Source: a virus
Taxonomy: Duplodnaviria; Caudoviricetes
Length of the DNA stretch: 64,000 nt
Virus record (IMG/VR): IMGVR_UViG_2643221939_000004
Span: 22,144 to 86,143 of that record
Direction: 5' to 3' (one strand)
Position numbers and translations under genes: made by a program. The notes below the pieces were generated by a model. That model ran no database searches. It was not told the DNA's origin and saw only the letters and a list, made by a program, of their open reading frames with translations. Shown piece after piece: positions 37,329-47,435 of the stretch. Within the stretch, counting starts at the first letter, position 1, and each line of letters begins with the position of its first letter.

Positions 37329-37424
37329 GCGAAGGACATGACGGACGATGAACTTGCCCGTATCGCCTTCGGCGGCAGCGGCGGAGCTTCTGCGGCGTAG
37401 GCGAGCGCGGGAAAGCCTGATCGG
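37329..37424 (+). repeat. 96-bp direct repeat, copy 2 (functional terL start)
   Basis: Matches 36423-36518. Confidence 0.95.
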
Positions 37425-38895
37425 TTTCAGTCAGGCGATCGAGATCCCCGGCAAGCCGGTGGAAGACGACGAGGACGAGGAGCATTTCGCCAGCCCGGCG
37501 GCGATCGAGACGGGCGTCGCCGATCATCACCGCCTTCTGATGCGGGCCTTTCAGCGCTGCGTCGAGACGCGGCACGGCCGGCTCATGATCTTCATGCCGC
37601 CGGGCAGTGCGAAGAGCACCTATGCCAGCGTCGTCGGCCCGACCTGGGCGATGGGGCGGCGGCCGGCCTTCAAGGTCATCGGCGCCAGCTACGGTTCGGA
37701 CCTCTCGCGCAAGCTCGGCCGGCGCTGCCGCTCGATCGTGAAGCAGAAGGGCTATGCCGGGCTCTACGGCGCGTCCCTGTCGAGCGAAAGCGCGGCGGCC
37801 GACGAATGGGCGCTGACGAACGGCTCGGAATACATGGGCGGCGGCATCCTTTCGGGGATCACCGGCAACCGCGCCCATCTGCTGGTCATCGACGATCCCG
37901 TAAAGGGGCGTGAGCAGGCGGAAAGCCCGACGATCCGCAAGAAGACGATCGAGGCTTATCAGGATGATCTGAAGACGCGCCTCGTGCCGGGCGGCTCCAT
38001 CGTCCTGATCCAGACGCGCTGGCATGAAGAGGACTTGGCGGGCTCGATCCTGCCGGAGGGCTATGACGGGCAGTCCGGCGCGATCATGTGCCGGGACGGG
38101 CAGGTCTGGGAGGTCATCTGCCTCGCCGCGAAGGCGGAGCGGGACGACGATCCGCTAGGCCGCGCGGCCGGCGAATATCTGTGGCCCGACTGGTTCGATC
38201 GTGAGCACTGGCGGCAGTTCGAGACGGTGCCGCGCACCTGGGCTTCGCTCTACCAGCAGCGGCCGGCGCCCGATGCCGGCGACATCTTCAAGCGGGAGTG
38301 GCTGAAGACCTACGAGACGCTTCCCGAGGGCTGCCGCTTCTATGGCGGCTCGGACTACGCGGTGTCGGACGACGGCGACTTCACGGTCCACGTCGTCGCG
38401 GCCTTCGATCGCGACGGCAACCTCTATGTTCACGACCTCTGGCGCGGAAAGGGCGATCCCGAGACCTGGGTCGATCCGCTCCTCGACATGGTGGAACTGC
38501 ACAACCCGCTCGGCTGGGCGGAGGAGACGGGCCAGATCAACAAATCGGTCGGGCCGTTCCTTCGCCTGCGGATGCGCGAGCGCAAGGTGTTCTTCGCCCG
38601 CGAGCAGATCGCCTCGACGACGGACAAGGTCGCGCGGGCGCGCTCGTTCCAAGGCCAGATGGCAAGCGGCAAGGTCTTCTTCCGGGCCGGCATGCCCTGG
38701 CTGCCCGATCTCGTCTCCGAGCTGATGGTGTTCCCGAATGGGCGCCATGACGACCAGGTGGACGCGATCACGAAGCTGACGCAGCTCCTCGACCGCATGC
38801 GCGGCAAGGCGGCCCCGGTCCGCGACGACGCATCTAAGAACCCCTTCCTCGCGAAGAACGCCTTCGCCCTGAAGACCCCGAAAGAGCGCCTGTGA
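37348..38895 (+). CDS. Terminase large subunit
   Basis: MPPGSAKST Walker A, LVIDDP Walker B, QTRWHEEDL, LYQQRP, FPNGRHDDQVDA. Confidence 0.95.
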   Translation: MNLPVSPSAAAAELLRRRRARESLIGFSQAIEIPGKPVEDDEDEEHFASPAAIETGVADHHRLLMRAFQRCVETRHGRLMIFMPPGSAKSTYASVVGPTWAMGRRPAFKVIGASYGSDLSRKLGRRCRSIVKQKGYAGLYGASLSSESAAADEWALTNGSEYMGGGILSGITGNRAHLLVIDDPVKGREQAESPTIRKKTIEAYQDDLKTRLVPGGSIVLIQTRWHEEDLAGSILPEGYDGQSGAIMCRDGQVWEVICLAAKAERDDDPLGRAAGEYLWPDWFDREHWRQFETVPRTWASLYQQRPAPDAGDIFKREWLKTYETLPEGCRFYGGSDYAVSDDGDFTVHVVAAFDRDGNLYVHDLWRGKGDPETWVDPLLDMVELHNPLGWAEETGQINKSVGPFLRLRMRERKVFFAREQIASTTDKVARARSFQGQMASGKVFFRAGMPWLPDLVSELMVFPNGRHDDQVDAITKLTQLLDRMRGKAAPVRDDASKNPFLAKNAFALKTPKERL

Positions 38896-40832
38896 CGACT
38901 GAACCCGAACCGACCGGCCCGGAGGGCGTGAGCCCGACCCGCTGGCAGGAGCGCATTTCCGATGCGACCGGCGTCGAGCGCAAATGGCGCGACGCCGGCC
39001 GCGAGGTCGTGAAGATCTACCGGGCGGAGAAGACGGCCGATGGCAGCGCGGGCCGGGGTCGCTTCAACATGCTCTTCGCCAACACGTCGATCCTGTTCCC
39101 GTCCGTCTACCAGCAGCCGCCGCAGGCCGACGTCCGGCGCCGCTTCCAGACGCCGGACGCCATGGCCGACGCCGCCTCGACGATCGTGCAGGGCGCGCTC
39201 AACTCGGCCTTCGACGCCGGCAACCTCGATGCGGAGATCCGCCGGGCCGTGCAGGAGGTGCTTTTGCCGGGCCGTGGCACGATCCGCGTCCGCTGGGCGC
39301 CGGTCGTTGAGGAACAGCCCGTTCTCGACCAGATGGGGCAGCCGATGGCTGGCGAGGATGGGAAGCCCGTCACCGAGCCCCGGAAGGTCTGGGAGGCCCT
39401 GGAGTTCGACCACGTCTATTGGGAGGACTTCGTCCATGAGCCGGCGCGGCGCTGGCGGGAATGCACCTGGGCGGCCTTCCGGCACTACCTGACGAAGGCA
39501 CAGGTGGAGAAGGAGTTCGGTGAGGATGCCGAGATCCTGGCGAAGCTGAAGGACGAGGCCTGGAGCAAGGGCGCCTTCGTCTATGCGCCGGCCGAAGCCG
39601 GCGAGGCCTCGACCAAGGCGACGAAGTCGGGCGAGCCCCGCGCCCTCATCTGGGAGTGCTGGGACAAGGACCGGCGCGTCGTCGACTGGATCATCCCCGG
39701 CAACGACCCGGTGCTTCTGCGCAGCGACGAGGATACGCTGGAGCTGGCCGGCTTCTTCCCGTGCCCGGAGCCCATGACCTCGATCTCGACGACCGAGAGC
39801 ATGGTGCCGGTGCCGGAATACGAGATCTGGCGCGACCTCGCCGCAGAAGTCGCGCGCATCACCGAGCGCATCGACGCGATCATGAAGCGCATGAAGGTGC
39901 GCGGCATGTACAACGGCTCGATCGAGGAGCTGGCGGAGGTTCTGGACGGCGTGGATGGGAAGATGGTCGCGGTGTCCGGCGTGGACATGGAGGCGGCCAT
40001 GTCGACCAACGTCTGGATGATCCCGCTCGACATGCTGGCGAACGCGGCGATTGCGCTCTACGGCGCGCGAGAGCAGGCGAAACAGGCGCTTTACGAGGTC
40101 TCGGGCATTTCGGACGTCCTGCGGGGTGCCTCGAACCCGAACGAAACCGCGACGGCGCAGCGGATCAAGGGCAATTTCGGCACGCTGCGCATCGACGACC
40201 GGCGCCGGGGCCTCTCCGCCTTCCTGCGCGAGCTGACGCGGATATCGGCCGAGATCATGGCCTCCAAATTCGCCGGAACGACCCTCGGCATGATGTCGGG
40301 CAAACAGGTGACGCCGGAGATCGAGGCCTATCTGCGCAACGAGGCGCAGCTGATGTGCCTCGTCGACATCGAGACGGACTCGACCGTCGCGGCCGACCAG
40401 GCGACGGAGCAGGAGGCCTCGCAGACGCTCGTCGCTGCGATCGGCGGCCTGATCCAGACCTTCGGCCCGCTCGTCGCGGACGGCACCGTGCCGAAGCCCT
40501 TCCTCGTCGAAATGATGAAGATGATCCTGAAGCCCTTCAAGGGCTCGCGGGACCTCCTCGACATGCTGGGGCAGATGGCGGAGCAGGCGGGCCAGCAGCC
40601 GCCCGAGCCGCCGCCGCCGGACCCTCGTGCCGAGGCCGCGAAGGCCAAGATGGAGATCGACGGGGCGAAGGCGCAGCAGGATATGAAGATTCGGCAGGAG
40701 GAGCACGGCGCCGACATGCAGGAGCGTCAGGACAACATGCAGATGCGGCAGATCGAGTTCCGCGCCGACATGGCGGAGCGAAGCGCCGAGATCGAGGCGG
40801 CCCGCGCGCTGCCGTTCGGGGGTGTGATGTGA
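38892..40832 (+). CDS. Portal protein
   Basis: Follows terL; GFFPCP.P, YE.SGISD.LRG...ETATAQ.IK..FG..R. Confidence 0.88.
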   Translation: MTTEPEPTGPEGVSPTRWQERISDATGVERKWRDAGREVVKIYRAEKTADGSAGRGRFNMLFANTSILFPSVYQQPPQADVRRRFQTPDAMADAASTIVQGALNSAFDAGNLDAEIRRAVQEVLLPGRGTIRVRWAPVVEEQPVLDQMGQPMAGEDGKPVTEPRKVWEALEFDHVYWEDFVHEPARRWRECTWAAFRHYLTKAQVEKEFGEDAEILAKLKDEAWSKGAFVYAPAEAGEASTKATKSGEPRALIWECWDKDRRVVDWIIPGNDPVLLRSDEDTLELAGFFPCPEPMTSISTTESMVPVPEYEIWRDLAAEVARITERIDAIMKRMKVRGMYNGSIEELAEVLDGVDGKMVAVSGVDMEAAMSTNVWMIPLDMLANAAIALYGAREQAKQALYEVSGISDVLRGASNPNETATAQRIKGNFGTLRIDDRRRGLSAFLRELTRISAEIMASKFAGTTLGMMSGKQVTPEIEAYLRNEAQLMCLVDIETDSTVAADQATEQEASQTLVAAIGGLIQTFGPLVADGTVPKPFLVEMMKMILKPFKGSRDLLDMLGQMAEQAGQQPPEPPPPDPRAEAAKAKMEIDGAKAQQDMKIRQEEHGADMQERQDNMQMRQIEFRADMAERSAEIEAARALPFGGVM

Positions 40833-41062
40833 GCCGGTCGGTCTACGTTTTGCGCGACGGGAAGCTCGTCGAGAAGTCCAAGGCCCTCCGATCGGACGGG
40901 CCTTTTTTCATGCGCGACATCGATCCCTACGAGAGCCCGATCACGGGCGAGACGATCACGTCGCGTTCCCAGCGCCGCGAGGAAATGAAGCGTCACGACT
41001 GCATCGACGCCCGCGACCTCAAAGGCACGCTCCTCGCCAACGGCAAGAGACATCGAGGCTGA
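40829..41062 (+). CDS. Small conserved head-region protein
   Basis: DI.PY.SP..G..I.SRS.RRE.MK.H. Confidence 0.75.
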   Translation: MSRSVYVLRDGKLVEKSKALRSDGPFFMRDIDPYESPITGETITSRSQRREEMKRHDCIDARDLKGTLLANGKRHRG

Positions 41063-41064
41063 CC

Positions 41065-42225
41065 ATGACCCTGAAGACCACGACCGCGCTCGGCGCGGGT
41101 TCGATCGCGTTCGCTGCCGGCGCACAGGCGCCCTTCGGCTTCGGGCACCGCCCGCGCTTCTTCTTCCAGGCGCCCGGCGAGGGCGGCGGCGATGCGGGCG
41201 GGGATGGTGGTGCGGACACGGGCGGCGACGCGGGCGGCGATAACGACGTCACGGTCGACAGCGCTTTGACCGAAGCCTTCGCCGAGATCGCCGCCGGCCA
41301 GTCAGACACCAATTCCGACACGACGACCGCGCGCCCTGACGCCGCTGCGGCCGAGGTCGCCAAGAACCCCAACGAGACGCCCGCCGCCGCAACTGACCAG
41401 GCCGCCGCGACGCCCGATCGTTGGACCGCAGAGGAACAGGCCGAGTTCGCCAAGCTCCCGCCGGAGGCGAAAGCCCTCGTCGAGAAGAAGGTCGCCGCGA
41501 TCGAGGCCGACTACCAGCAGAAGGCAGAGGGCAGCGCGGAGGCGGTGAAGCTCGCCGAGGAGGTTCGATCCGTCGTCGATGCCGACTTCCAGCGCAAGCT
41601 GGACGAGAGCGGAATGACGGTCGGGCAGGGGGTGAAGTACCTCGCCGACCTCGAACGCTTCGCCAACAGCCGGCCGGCGGAATATCTCGCCTTCGTGGCC
41701 CAGCACGTCCAGAAGATGGGCGTGGACGTCATGAAGGTGCTGGGGCTCTCGGGCGCCCAGCCGGCGGCAGGCGACGACGCCTTCCAGGACCCGCGTGTCG
41801 GGCAGCTCGAAGAGCGGCTCGGCAGCCTCACGACACAGATGCGTGAGGACGCCCAGCGGCGCGCCCTGGACGCGGCGGGACAGACCATCGCCGGGTTCCG
41901 GGACGCCAAGGATGCGTCGGGCAATCCTCTTCGCCCGCACTTCGCGGACGTCGAGAACGACATGGCGGCGCTGATCCGCGCCAATCCGAAGATGGACCTC
42001 GACAAGGCGTACGAGGCCGCCGTCTGGAGCAATCCGGCGGTGCGCACGAGGCTGCAGGAGGCCGATCGGGCGGCGGCGGCTCAGAAGGCTCGGGACGATG
42101 CGGCGGCGGCTCAGAAGGCCATCCGCTCCAACGTGCGTCCCGGCACGCGCTCCATGCGCCCGTCGCAGCAGGTCGACACGGTCGACGACGCCGTGGATCA
42201 GGCTTTCGCCGAAATCAAACGATAA
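41065..42225 (+). CDS. Scaffolding protein
   Basis: Acidic, helical; L..AYE.AVW.NP; upstream of capsid. Confidence 0.75.
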   Translation: MTLKTTTALGAGSIAFAAGAQAPFGFGHRPRFFFQAPGEGGGDAGGDGGADTGGDAGGDNDVTVDSALTEAFAEIAAGQSDTNSDTTTARPDAAAAEVAKNPNETPAAATDQAAATPDRWTAEEQAEFAKLPPEAKALVEKKVAAIEADYQQKAEGSAEAVKLAEEVRSVVDADFQRKLDESGMTVGQGVKYLADLERFANSRPAEYLAFVAQHVQKMGVDVMKVLGLSGAQPAAGDDAFQDPRVGQLEERLGSLTTQMREDAQRRALDAAGQTIAGFRDAKDASGNPLRPHFADVENDMAALIRANPKMDLDKAYEAAVWSNPAVRTRLQEADRAAAAQKARDDAAAAQKAIRSNVRPGTRSMRPSQQVDTVDDAVDQAFAEIKR

Positions 42226-42237
42226 GGAGCCAATACA

Positions 42238-43218
42238 GTGGCAGCACTTTCTTCCGACGTGCGCGCGCAGCTCGTCGCGCTCACGATCTCCAAGTACAAG
42301 CGCAAGTTCTACGACAACATCCTCGGCTCCAACATGCTGTTGGCGACGCTGGACAAGAAGGGCAGGGTCACGTCGGTCGACGGCGGCAACGACATCCGTG
42401 GTCAGATCATCATGGATACCGAGCTGTTCGCCTGGTACGAGGGCACCGACCCCCTGACCCGTGCGCAGAAGAAGACGATCGGCGACGCCGCCTATTCGCC
42501 TGCGCAGGCCGCCGCCTCGATCACCCTGACGGGTGAGGAGACGGCCAAGAACAACGGCGAGGCCGCGATCAAGAAGCTGATGCGCGGCAAGGTCATGAAC
42601 GCCGAGAACACGCTGAAGACGAAGATCAACGACGCGCTCTATCGCGACGGCTCGGTCCCGAAGTCCTTTGTCGGCCTCGACGCGATCGTCGCCGCCGATC
42701 CGACCACGGGCACGGTCGGCGGCGTGAATGCCGCGGCGAACGTCTGGTGGCGCAACAAGACGCTGACCGTGACCCTGACGGGCGCGGCCAATGCCGACGA
42801 GCGCTATCGCCGTCTGAAGCAGGGCATGAACACGCTCTACCGCAAGACGTCGAACGGCACCGAAAAGCCCGACATCATCACCCTCGACGACGAGACCTTC
42901 GGCACGTTCGAGGACGGGCTTCAGGAGAACCAGCGCTACACGGACGCCGGAGCCGCCAAGCTCGGCTTCGAGGCTTATCGCTTCAAGGGCGCCTCGGTCG
43001 TCTCCGAAAGCGACGGCTCGGCGCACCCGACGAACGGCGGCTTCATGCTGAACACGGACTATCTGAACCTCGAATATTACGAGGGTCGCGGGTTCGAGCC
43101 GCTGGACCTGCCCGAAAGCACGCCGGACCTCGACGCGGTGACGAAGCACATCGCCTTCATGGGCGCGCTCACCTGCTACAACCGGAGCCGGCAGGCGCGC
43201 CTCGTCGTCGTCCGCTAA
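42238..43218 (+). CDS. Major capsid protein
   Basis: DN....N.LL..L, Y.G.D.L, GG.N.....WW.N, QRY......LGF, LNT.YL. Confidence 0.9.
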   Translation: MAALSSDVRAQLVALTISKYKRKFYDNILGSNMLLATLDKKGRVTSVDGGNDIRGQIIMDTELFAWYEGTDPLTRAQKKTIGDAAYSPAQAAASITLTGEETAKNNGEAAIKKLMRGKVMNAENTLKTKINDALYRDGSVPKSFVGLDAIVAADPTTGTVGGVNAAANVWWRNKTLTVTLTGAANADERYRRLKQGMNTLYRKTSNGTEKPDIITLDDETFGTFEDGLQENQRYTDAGAAKLGFEAYRFKGASVVSESDGSAHPTNGGFMLNTDYLNLEYYEGRGFEPLDLPESTPDLDAVTKHIAFMGALTCYNRSRQARLVVVR

Positions 43219-43264
43219 GCCGGACCGATCCGACCCTTCTTTGCAGAAAACGCAAAGAACTCTC

Positions 43265-43296
43265 AGCCGCCGCGGGGCCTCTCGCGGCGGCTTTTT
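43265..43296 (+). terminator. Terminator after capsid gene
   Basis: AGCCGCCGCG/CGCGGCGGCT plus TTTT. Confidence 0.75.
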
Positions 43297-43322
43297 CACG
43301 CGCTCCAGCCAAAGGCGAACCC

Positions 43323-43967
43323 ATGAGCAACCCGAAATTCTACGACCGCGCCACCGACACCGGCCAGACCGGCGAGGACGGCAAGGCCGTCTATCGGCTC
43401 GCGACCTACTTCCTCTATCAGGTCGACGCCAACAACACGGTCGATCGCGAGGCCCGGCAGGAGGACTTCGACCGCTTCCCGGTCGAGTACGGCGTCTACG
43501 ACCGCACGCGCCAGCCGGACGCGGACGGCTTCCCGCTCGCCGCCTGGCCCGGCATCAACGCGGCCGACCGGCAGGGCCTTGCCGATCGCGGCATCTTCAC
43601 CGTCGAGAAGCTGGCGGCGACCGACATGGCGCGGGCGCCGAGCGATCTGCGCGAGGCGCAGGAGAAGGCGAAGGCCTTCCTCGCCAAGACCAGCTCGGAC
43701 GGGCCTAAGCTCGCAGCGCGCATCGCCGAGCTGGAAGACGAGAATGCCGGCCTCCTCGACCAGATCGCCGACATGAAGAGCGCGATCGACGACCTGAAGA
43801 GCGATGCGCAGGCGCCCAAGCTCGCAGCGCAGGTCGAAAAGCTGAAGGGCGAGGCCGAAGCCCTCCAGGGTGAAAAGAGCAAGCTGGCCGACGAGATCGC
43901 TGGCCTGCGCACCGCAAACGAGACCCTGACCAAGGACCTCGCCGCGGCCAAGAAGCCGGCGCGCTGA
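43323..43967 (+). CDS. Hypothetical protein (HhH-like motif + coiled coil)
   Basis: G.PL..WP.I.....L...GI.TVE.LA. Confidence 0.75.
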   Translation: MSNPKFYDRATDTGQTGEDGKAVYRLATYFLYQVDANNTVDREARQEDFDRFPVEYGVYDRTRQPDADGFPLAAWPGINAADRQGLADRGIFTVEKLAATDMARAPSDLREAQEKAKAFLAKTSSDGPKLAARIAELEDENAGLLDQIADMKSAIDDLKSDAQAPKLAAQVEKLKGEAEALQGEKSKLADEIAGLRTANETLTKDLAAAKKPAR

Positions 43968-43971
43968 TCCG

Positions 43972-44367
43972 ATGGCGTCGGTCCTGGATCTCGTCAAGGC
44001 GGCGGCGGTCCGCCTTCAGCTGCCGACGCCATCGACCGCGATCGGCAACGCCGATCCCTTCACCGCCCAGATCCTCGGTGCTCTCTTCGCCAGCGCGGAC
44101 GAACTTCTGGACCGCTATCCTGTGAACCGGCTCCTGCCGGATCGTGCTTGGGCGAAGGCGGCGGACGGCACGGTCAAGCCGGCGCCGACGATCGACACCG
44201 ACGTCGTGATGATCGACGAGGGGCTGATCAAATCCGCCATCCTCTGGCGCTGGCGCTCCGACAACGGCTTCGACTACGCCGAGGATTTCCGCACGGTCGA
44301 AGAACGGCTGTCCCGGCTGGGGCTGGCCTATACCAAGACGCAGCGCGGGGATGCGATCCAGCTATGA
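43972..44367 (+). CDS. Head-tail adaptor
   Basis: Synteny; WRW....GFDYAED. Confidence 0.7.
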   Translation: MASVLDLVKAAAVRLQLPTPSTAIGNADPFTAQILGALFASADELLDRYPVNRLLPDRAWAKAADGTVKPAPTIDTDVVMIDEGLIKSAILWRWRSDNGFDYAEDFRTVEERLSRLGLAYTKTQRGDAIQL

Positions 44368-45890
44368 GGCAGCCGCTCGTCCGTCGCAGCAATCCCGGCA
44401 TGGCCCGCGTCACGCCGATCTCTCTGCCGGCACCCTTCGGCGGCATCAATGCCTCCGACAGTCTGGCCGGCGGCATGCAGCCCTTCGAAGCGATCGACCT
44501 CGTGAACTGGTCGCCGGTCGAAGGGGCCGTCGAGACACGGCCGGGCTACCGGATCGCGGTGGATCTCGGGACGGCTGCGCCTGTGCCGTTCCTCCATGCC
44601 TTCGACGAAGGGCAGACGGCGACGATCGCGGCCTCGGGCGGCAAGCTCTTCAAGATCACGGGCGACGTTCCTGCCGCCCTGCAGCTGGGCAGCGGTTTCA
44701 ACTCGGACGTCTGGCGGCCGGCGGTGCTCGGCGGCCGGCTCCATCTGGTGAACGGCACGGACGCGCCGCGCTCGGTCCTCGGCTCCGCACTGGTGACGCC
44801 GGCATGGACCGGCCCGGCCGACATCACGAAACTTTTCCGGGTGCGCGCCCATGCCAACCGGCTCTTCTTCGCCGAGCGCGGCTCGTCCTCGTTCTGGTAT
44901 GGCAATCTTGCCTCGATCCAAGGGGCGCTGACGAGCTTCGATCTCTCCGGTGTTGGCTCGCGCGGCGGCTCGATCGAGGACATCGCCGTCATCACGCCGG
45001 ACGGCGGCCGGTCCGGCGACGACGACGCCATCGTCTTCTTCATGTCCTCGGGCGAGGCGATCATGTATCGCGGCTCGAATCCCGGCGACGCCGCGGCCTG
45101 GGCGCGCGTCGGCGTCTTCACCGCGACGCGGCCGATCGCGTCCGAGACCTTCGGCGGCGACGTGCTCACCGTCTCGGCGGACGGCTATGCCGAACTCTCC
45201 CGCCTCCTGCCGTCCGGCCGCTCGCCGGTCGCCGGCTTCGGGACGAAGATCGGGCGGCTGGCGGCGAGCGCCATCGCCCGCTTCGGCCGGAACCCAGGCT
45301 GGCAGCTCCTCTACGATCCGCGTTCGCGTCTCGTTCTGATCCACATTCCGCAGACCTCGCGCTTTGCCGAGCAGCACGTCATGAGCGTGGCGACGGGAGC
45401 CTGGGGCCGCTGGCGGGATCTTCCGGCCTCGTCCTGGGGCCATATCGGCGACGACCTCGCCTTCGGCACGATGGACGGCAAGATCGCCCGCATGACCGGC
45501 GCCTCCGATCTCGGCCGGCCCATCGTCGCGGTCGGGCAGGGGAGTTGGCAGACGATGGGGCTCGCGGGCCGGCGCAAGCGCGTCACCAGTGTCCGGCCCA
45601 TCGTCACGTCGCAGGTCAGCCCGTTCGTCACGCCGCTTCTCGGCGTCGATTTCAAGGAACCGCGCAGGGGCGTGGCGATCCAGTCGGCCGAAAGCGCCGA
45701 TATCGGCCGCTGGGACCAAAGCGTCTGGGATCGGGCGGTCTGGGGCGGTGCCGATCGCGTCACGACCGAATTGCAGGGGGTCGGCGGCGTCGGCGACTTC
45801 CTGTCGGTCGGGCTGCGGGCGGACACGCGGGCCGGCGCGGTGCGCTGGCTTTCCACGACGCTGACGATCGAGGCGGGCGGGCTGGCATGA
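44364..45890 (+). CDS. Tail nozzle / DNA stabilisation protein
   Basis: LPAP.GG.N, beta-propeller-like body, WD...WD...W motif. Confidence 0.8.
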   Translation: MRQPLVRRSNPGMARVTPISLPAPFGGINASDSLAGGMQPFEAIDLVNWSPVEGAVETRPGYRIAVDLGTAAPVPFLHAFDEGQTATIAASGGKLFKITGDVPAALQLGSGFNSDVWRPAVLGGRLHLVNGTDAPRSVLGSALVTPAWTGPADITKLFRVRAHANRLFFAERGSSSFWYGNLASIQGALTSFDLSGVGSRGGSIEDIAVITPDGGRSGDDDAIVFFMSSGEAIMYRGSNPGDAAAWARVGVFTATRPIASETFGGDVLTVSADGYAELSRLLPSGRSPVAGFGTKIGRLAASAIARFGRNPGWQLLYDPRSRLVLIHIPQTSRFAEQHVMSVATGAWGRWRDLPASSWGHIGDDLAFGTMDGKIARMTGASDLGRPIVAVGQGSWQTMGLAGRRKRVTSVRPIVTSQVSPFVTPLLGVDFKEPRRGVAIQSAESADIGRWDQSVWDRAVWGGADRVTTELQGVGGVGDFLSVGLRADTRAGAVRWLSTTLTIEAGGLA

Positions 45891-46315
45891 CCTATCGCAT
45901 CCTCTTCGGCGAAAACGCCCTCGTGGCGGACTGGATCGCGGCCCAGATCGCGGACCGGCCCGACCTCGAAGACGCCGTCGCCTTCGGCGCCGTGCGCGAT
46001 GACATGCTGATCGGGGGCCTCGCCTTCACCGAGTTCCGGGGGACTGACGTGCGCGTCACCGTTGCCGGCTACGGGCCATGGATGACGCGCCGGCTCCTTC
46101 GGGTCGGCTGCACCTACGCCTTCGTCGATCTCGGCTGCCGGCGCATGACCTCGCTGATCAAGCGGACGAACAAGGCCTCGCGGACGCTCTGCGAGCGCAT
46201 CGGCTTCAAGCTTGAAGGAACGCATCCGCAGACCTTCGAGGATGGTGGAACGGCGCTCTCCTACGGGATGACGCGCGACAAATGCAGATGGTTGGAAGGG
46301 GCAGCCCGTGGGTAA
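45887..46315 (+). CDS. GNAT-fold virion-module protein
   Basis: YAF..LGC.R, N.AS.....R.GF..EG. Confidence 0.8.
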   Translation: MTYRILFGENALVADWIAAQIADRPDLEDAVAFGAVRDDMLIGGLAFTEFRGTDVRVTVAGYGPWMTRRLLRVGCTYAFVDLGCRRMTSLIKRTNKASRTLCERIGFKLEGTHPQTFEDGGTALSYGMTRDKCRWLEGAARG

Positions 46316-47435
46316 GAAGACACCGAAGGCGCCGGACCCGGCCGCGACCATCGCGGCTCAGACGGCCGCCAACAAGGAGGCGATCACCGAGAGCGCACGC
46401 GTCAACGCCGTCGACCAGTATGGCCCGTCCGGCTCCACGACCTATCAGCGGGGCGCCGACGGCGTGCCGATCTCGCAGACCGTGTCCCTGACGCCGACCG
46501 GTCAGGCGACCTACGATCAGCAGGAGAAGATCGCGGCCGGGCTGACGGACAAGGCGGCGACGCTGGCGGACCGCATTCCGACAGGCCCGATGGACCTGTC
46601 CAAATTGCCGACCCGGCAAACCAGCCTTTCCACCTCCGGTCTGCCCGCGATCCAGGGCGTCGGCGACTTCGGGGCGGATGCGCAGCGGACGCAGGACGCC
46701 ACCTTCCAGAAGGCCCAAGCGCTCTTGAAGCCGGGCCAGCAGCTCGACCGATCGCGCCTCGAACAGCAGCTCTCCGATCGCGGCATCCCCCTCGACAGCG
46801 CGGCGGGCCAAGCCGAGCTGACCCGCATGGAGGCCTCGCAGTCGGAGGCGAACAACCGCGCAGCCTACGACGCGGTCGCGGCCGGCGGCGCCGAGCAGTC
46901 GCGTCTCTTCGGCCTGTCGTCCGCCGCGCGCGGGCAGCTTTTCGGCGAGGGGCTGACCGGCGCGAACTTCACCAACGACCAGCGCACGTCCGCGCTTCAG
47001 GAAGCGCTCACGCTGCGCAACCAGGACTTCAACGAGGCGTCCGCCCTTCTCCAGGGTGCTCCGGTCATGGGCACGCCGGGCTTCATGAACACGCCGACCT
47101 ACAACATGCAGCCGACCGACGTCGCCGGCATCACCCAGCAGGGCTTCCAGAACAGGCTTCAGGCGTCGCAGGCGAACAACCCGATGGCGGGTCTCTTCGG
47201 CCTCGGCTCGGCGGCGATCACGAAATGGTCGGACCGGCGTCTGAAGCGCGATCTCGTCCCGCTTGGCACCGGCTGGCGCGGGCTGCCGCTTTACCTGTTC
47301 AAATACGTCTGGGGCGGCGCGCACGAGATCGGCGTCATGGCGCAGGACGTCGCCCGCGTCATGCCGGCGGCGGTCATTCGCTCTGCCAGCGGGCTTCTGG
47401 CGGTCGACTACGGCAAGCTGCGCGAGGCGCCATGA
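46308..47435 (+). CDS. Ejection/pilot protein with C-terminal S74 chaperone-like domain
   Basis: MGKK.P.APDP start; SDRRLK.D...Y.F.Y...GVMAQDV...VDY. Confidence 0.75.
   Translation: MGKKTPKAPDPAATIAAQTAANKEAITESARVNAVDQYGPSGSTTYQRGADGVPISQTVSLTPTGQATYDQQEKIAAGLTDKAATLADRIPTGPMDLSKLPTRQTSLSTSGLPAIQGVGDFGADAQRTQDATFQKAQALLKPGQQLDRSRLEQQLSDRGIPLDSAAGQAELTRMEASQSEANNRAAYDAVAAGGAEQSRLFGLSSAARGQLFGEGLTGANFTNDQRTSALQEALTLRNQDFNEASALLQGAPVMGTPGFMNTPTYNMQPTDVAGITQQGFQNRLQASQANNPMAGLFGLGSAAITKWSDRRLKRDLVPLGTGWRGLPLYLFKYVWGGAHEIGVMAQDVARVMPAAVIRSASGLLAVDYGKLREAP

Noticed and set aside
36423-37424. IS element or intron in the terminase region
   Set aside because: No transposase, terminal inverted repeats, homing endonuclease or RT; terL is uninterrupted after copy 2
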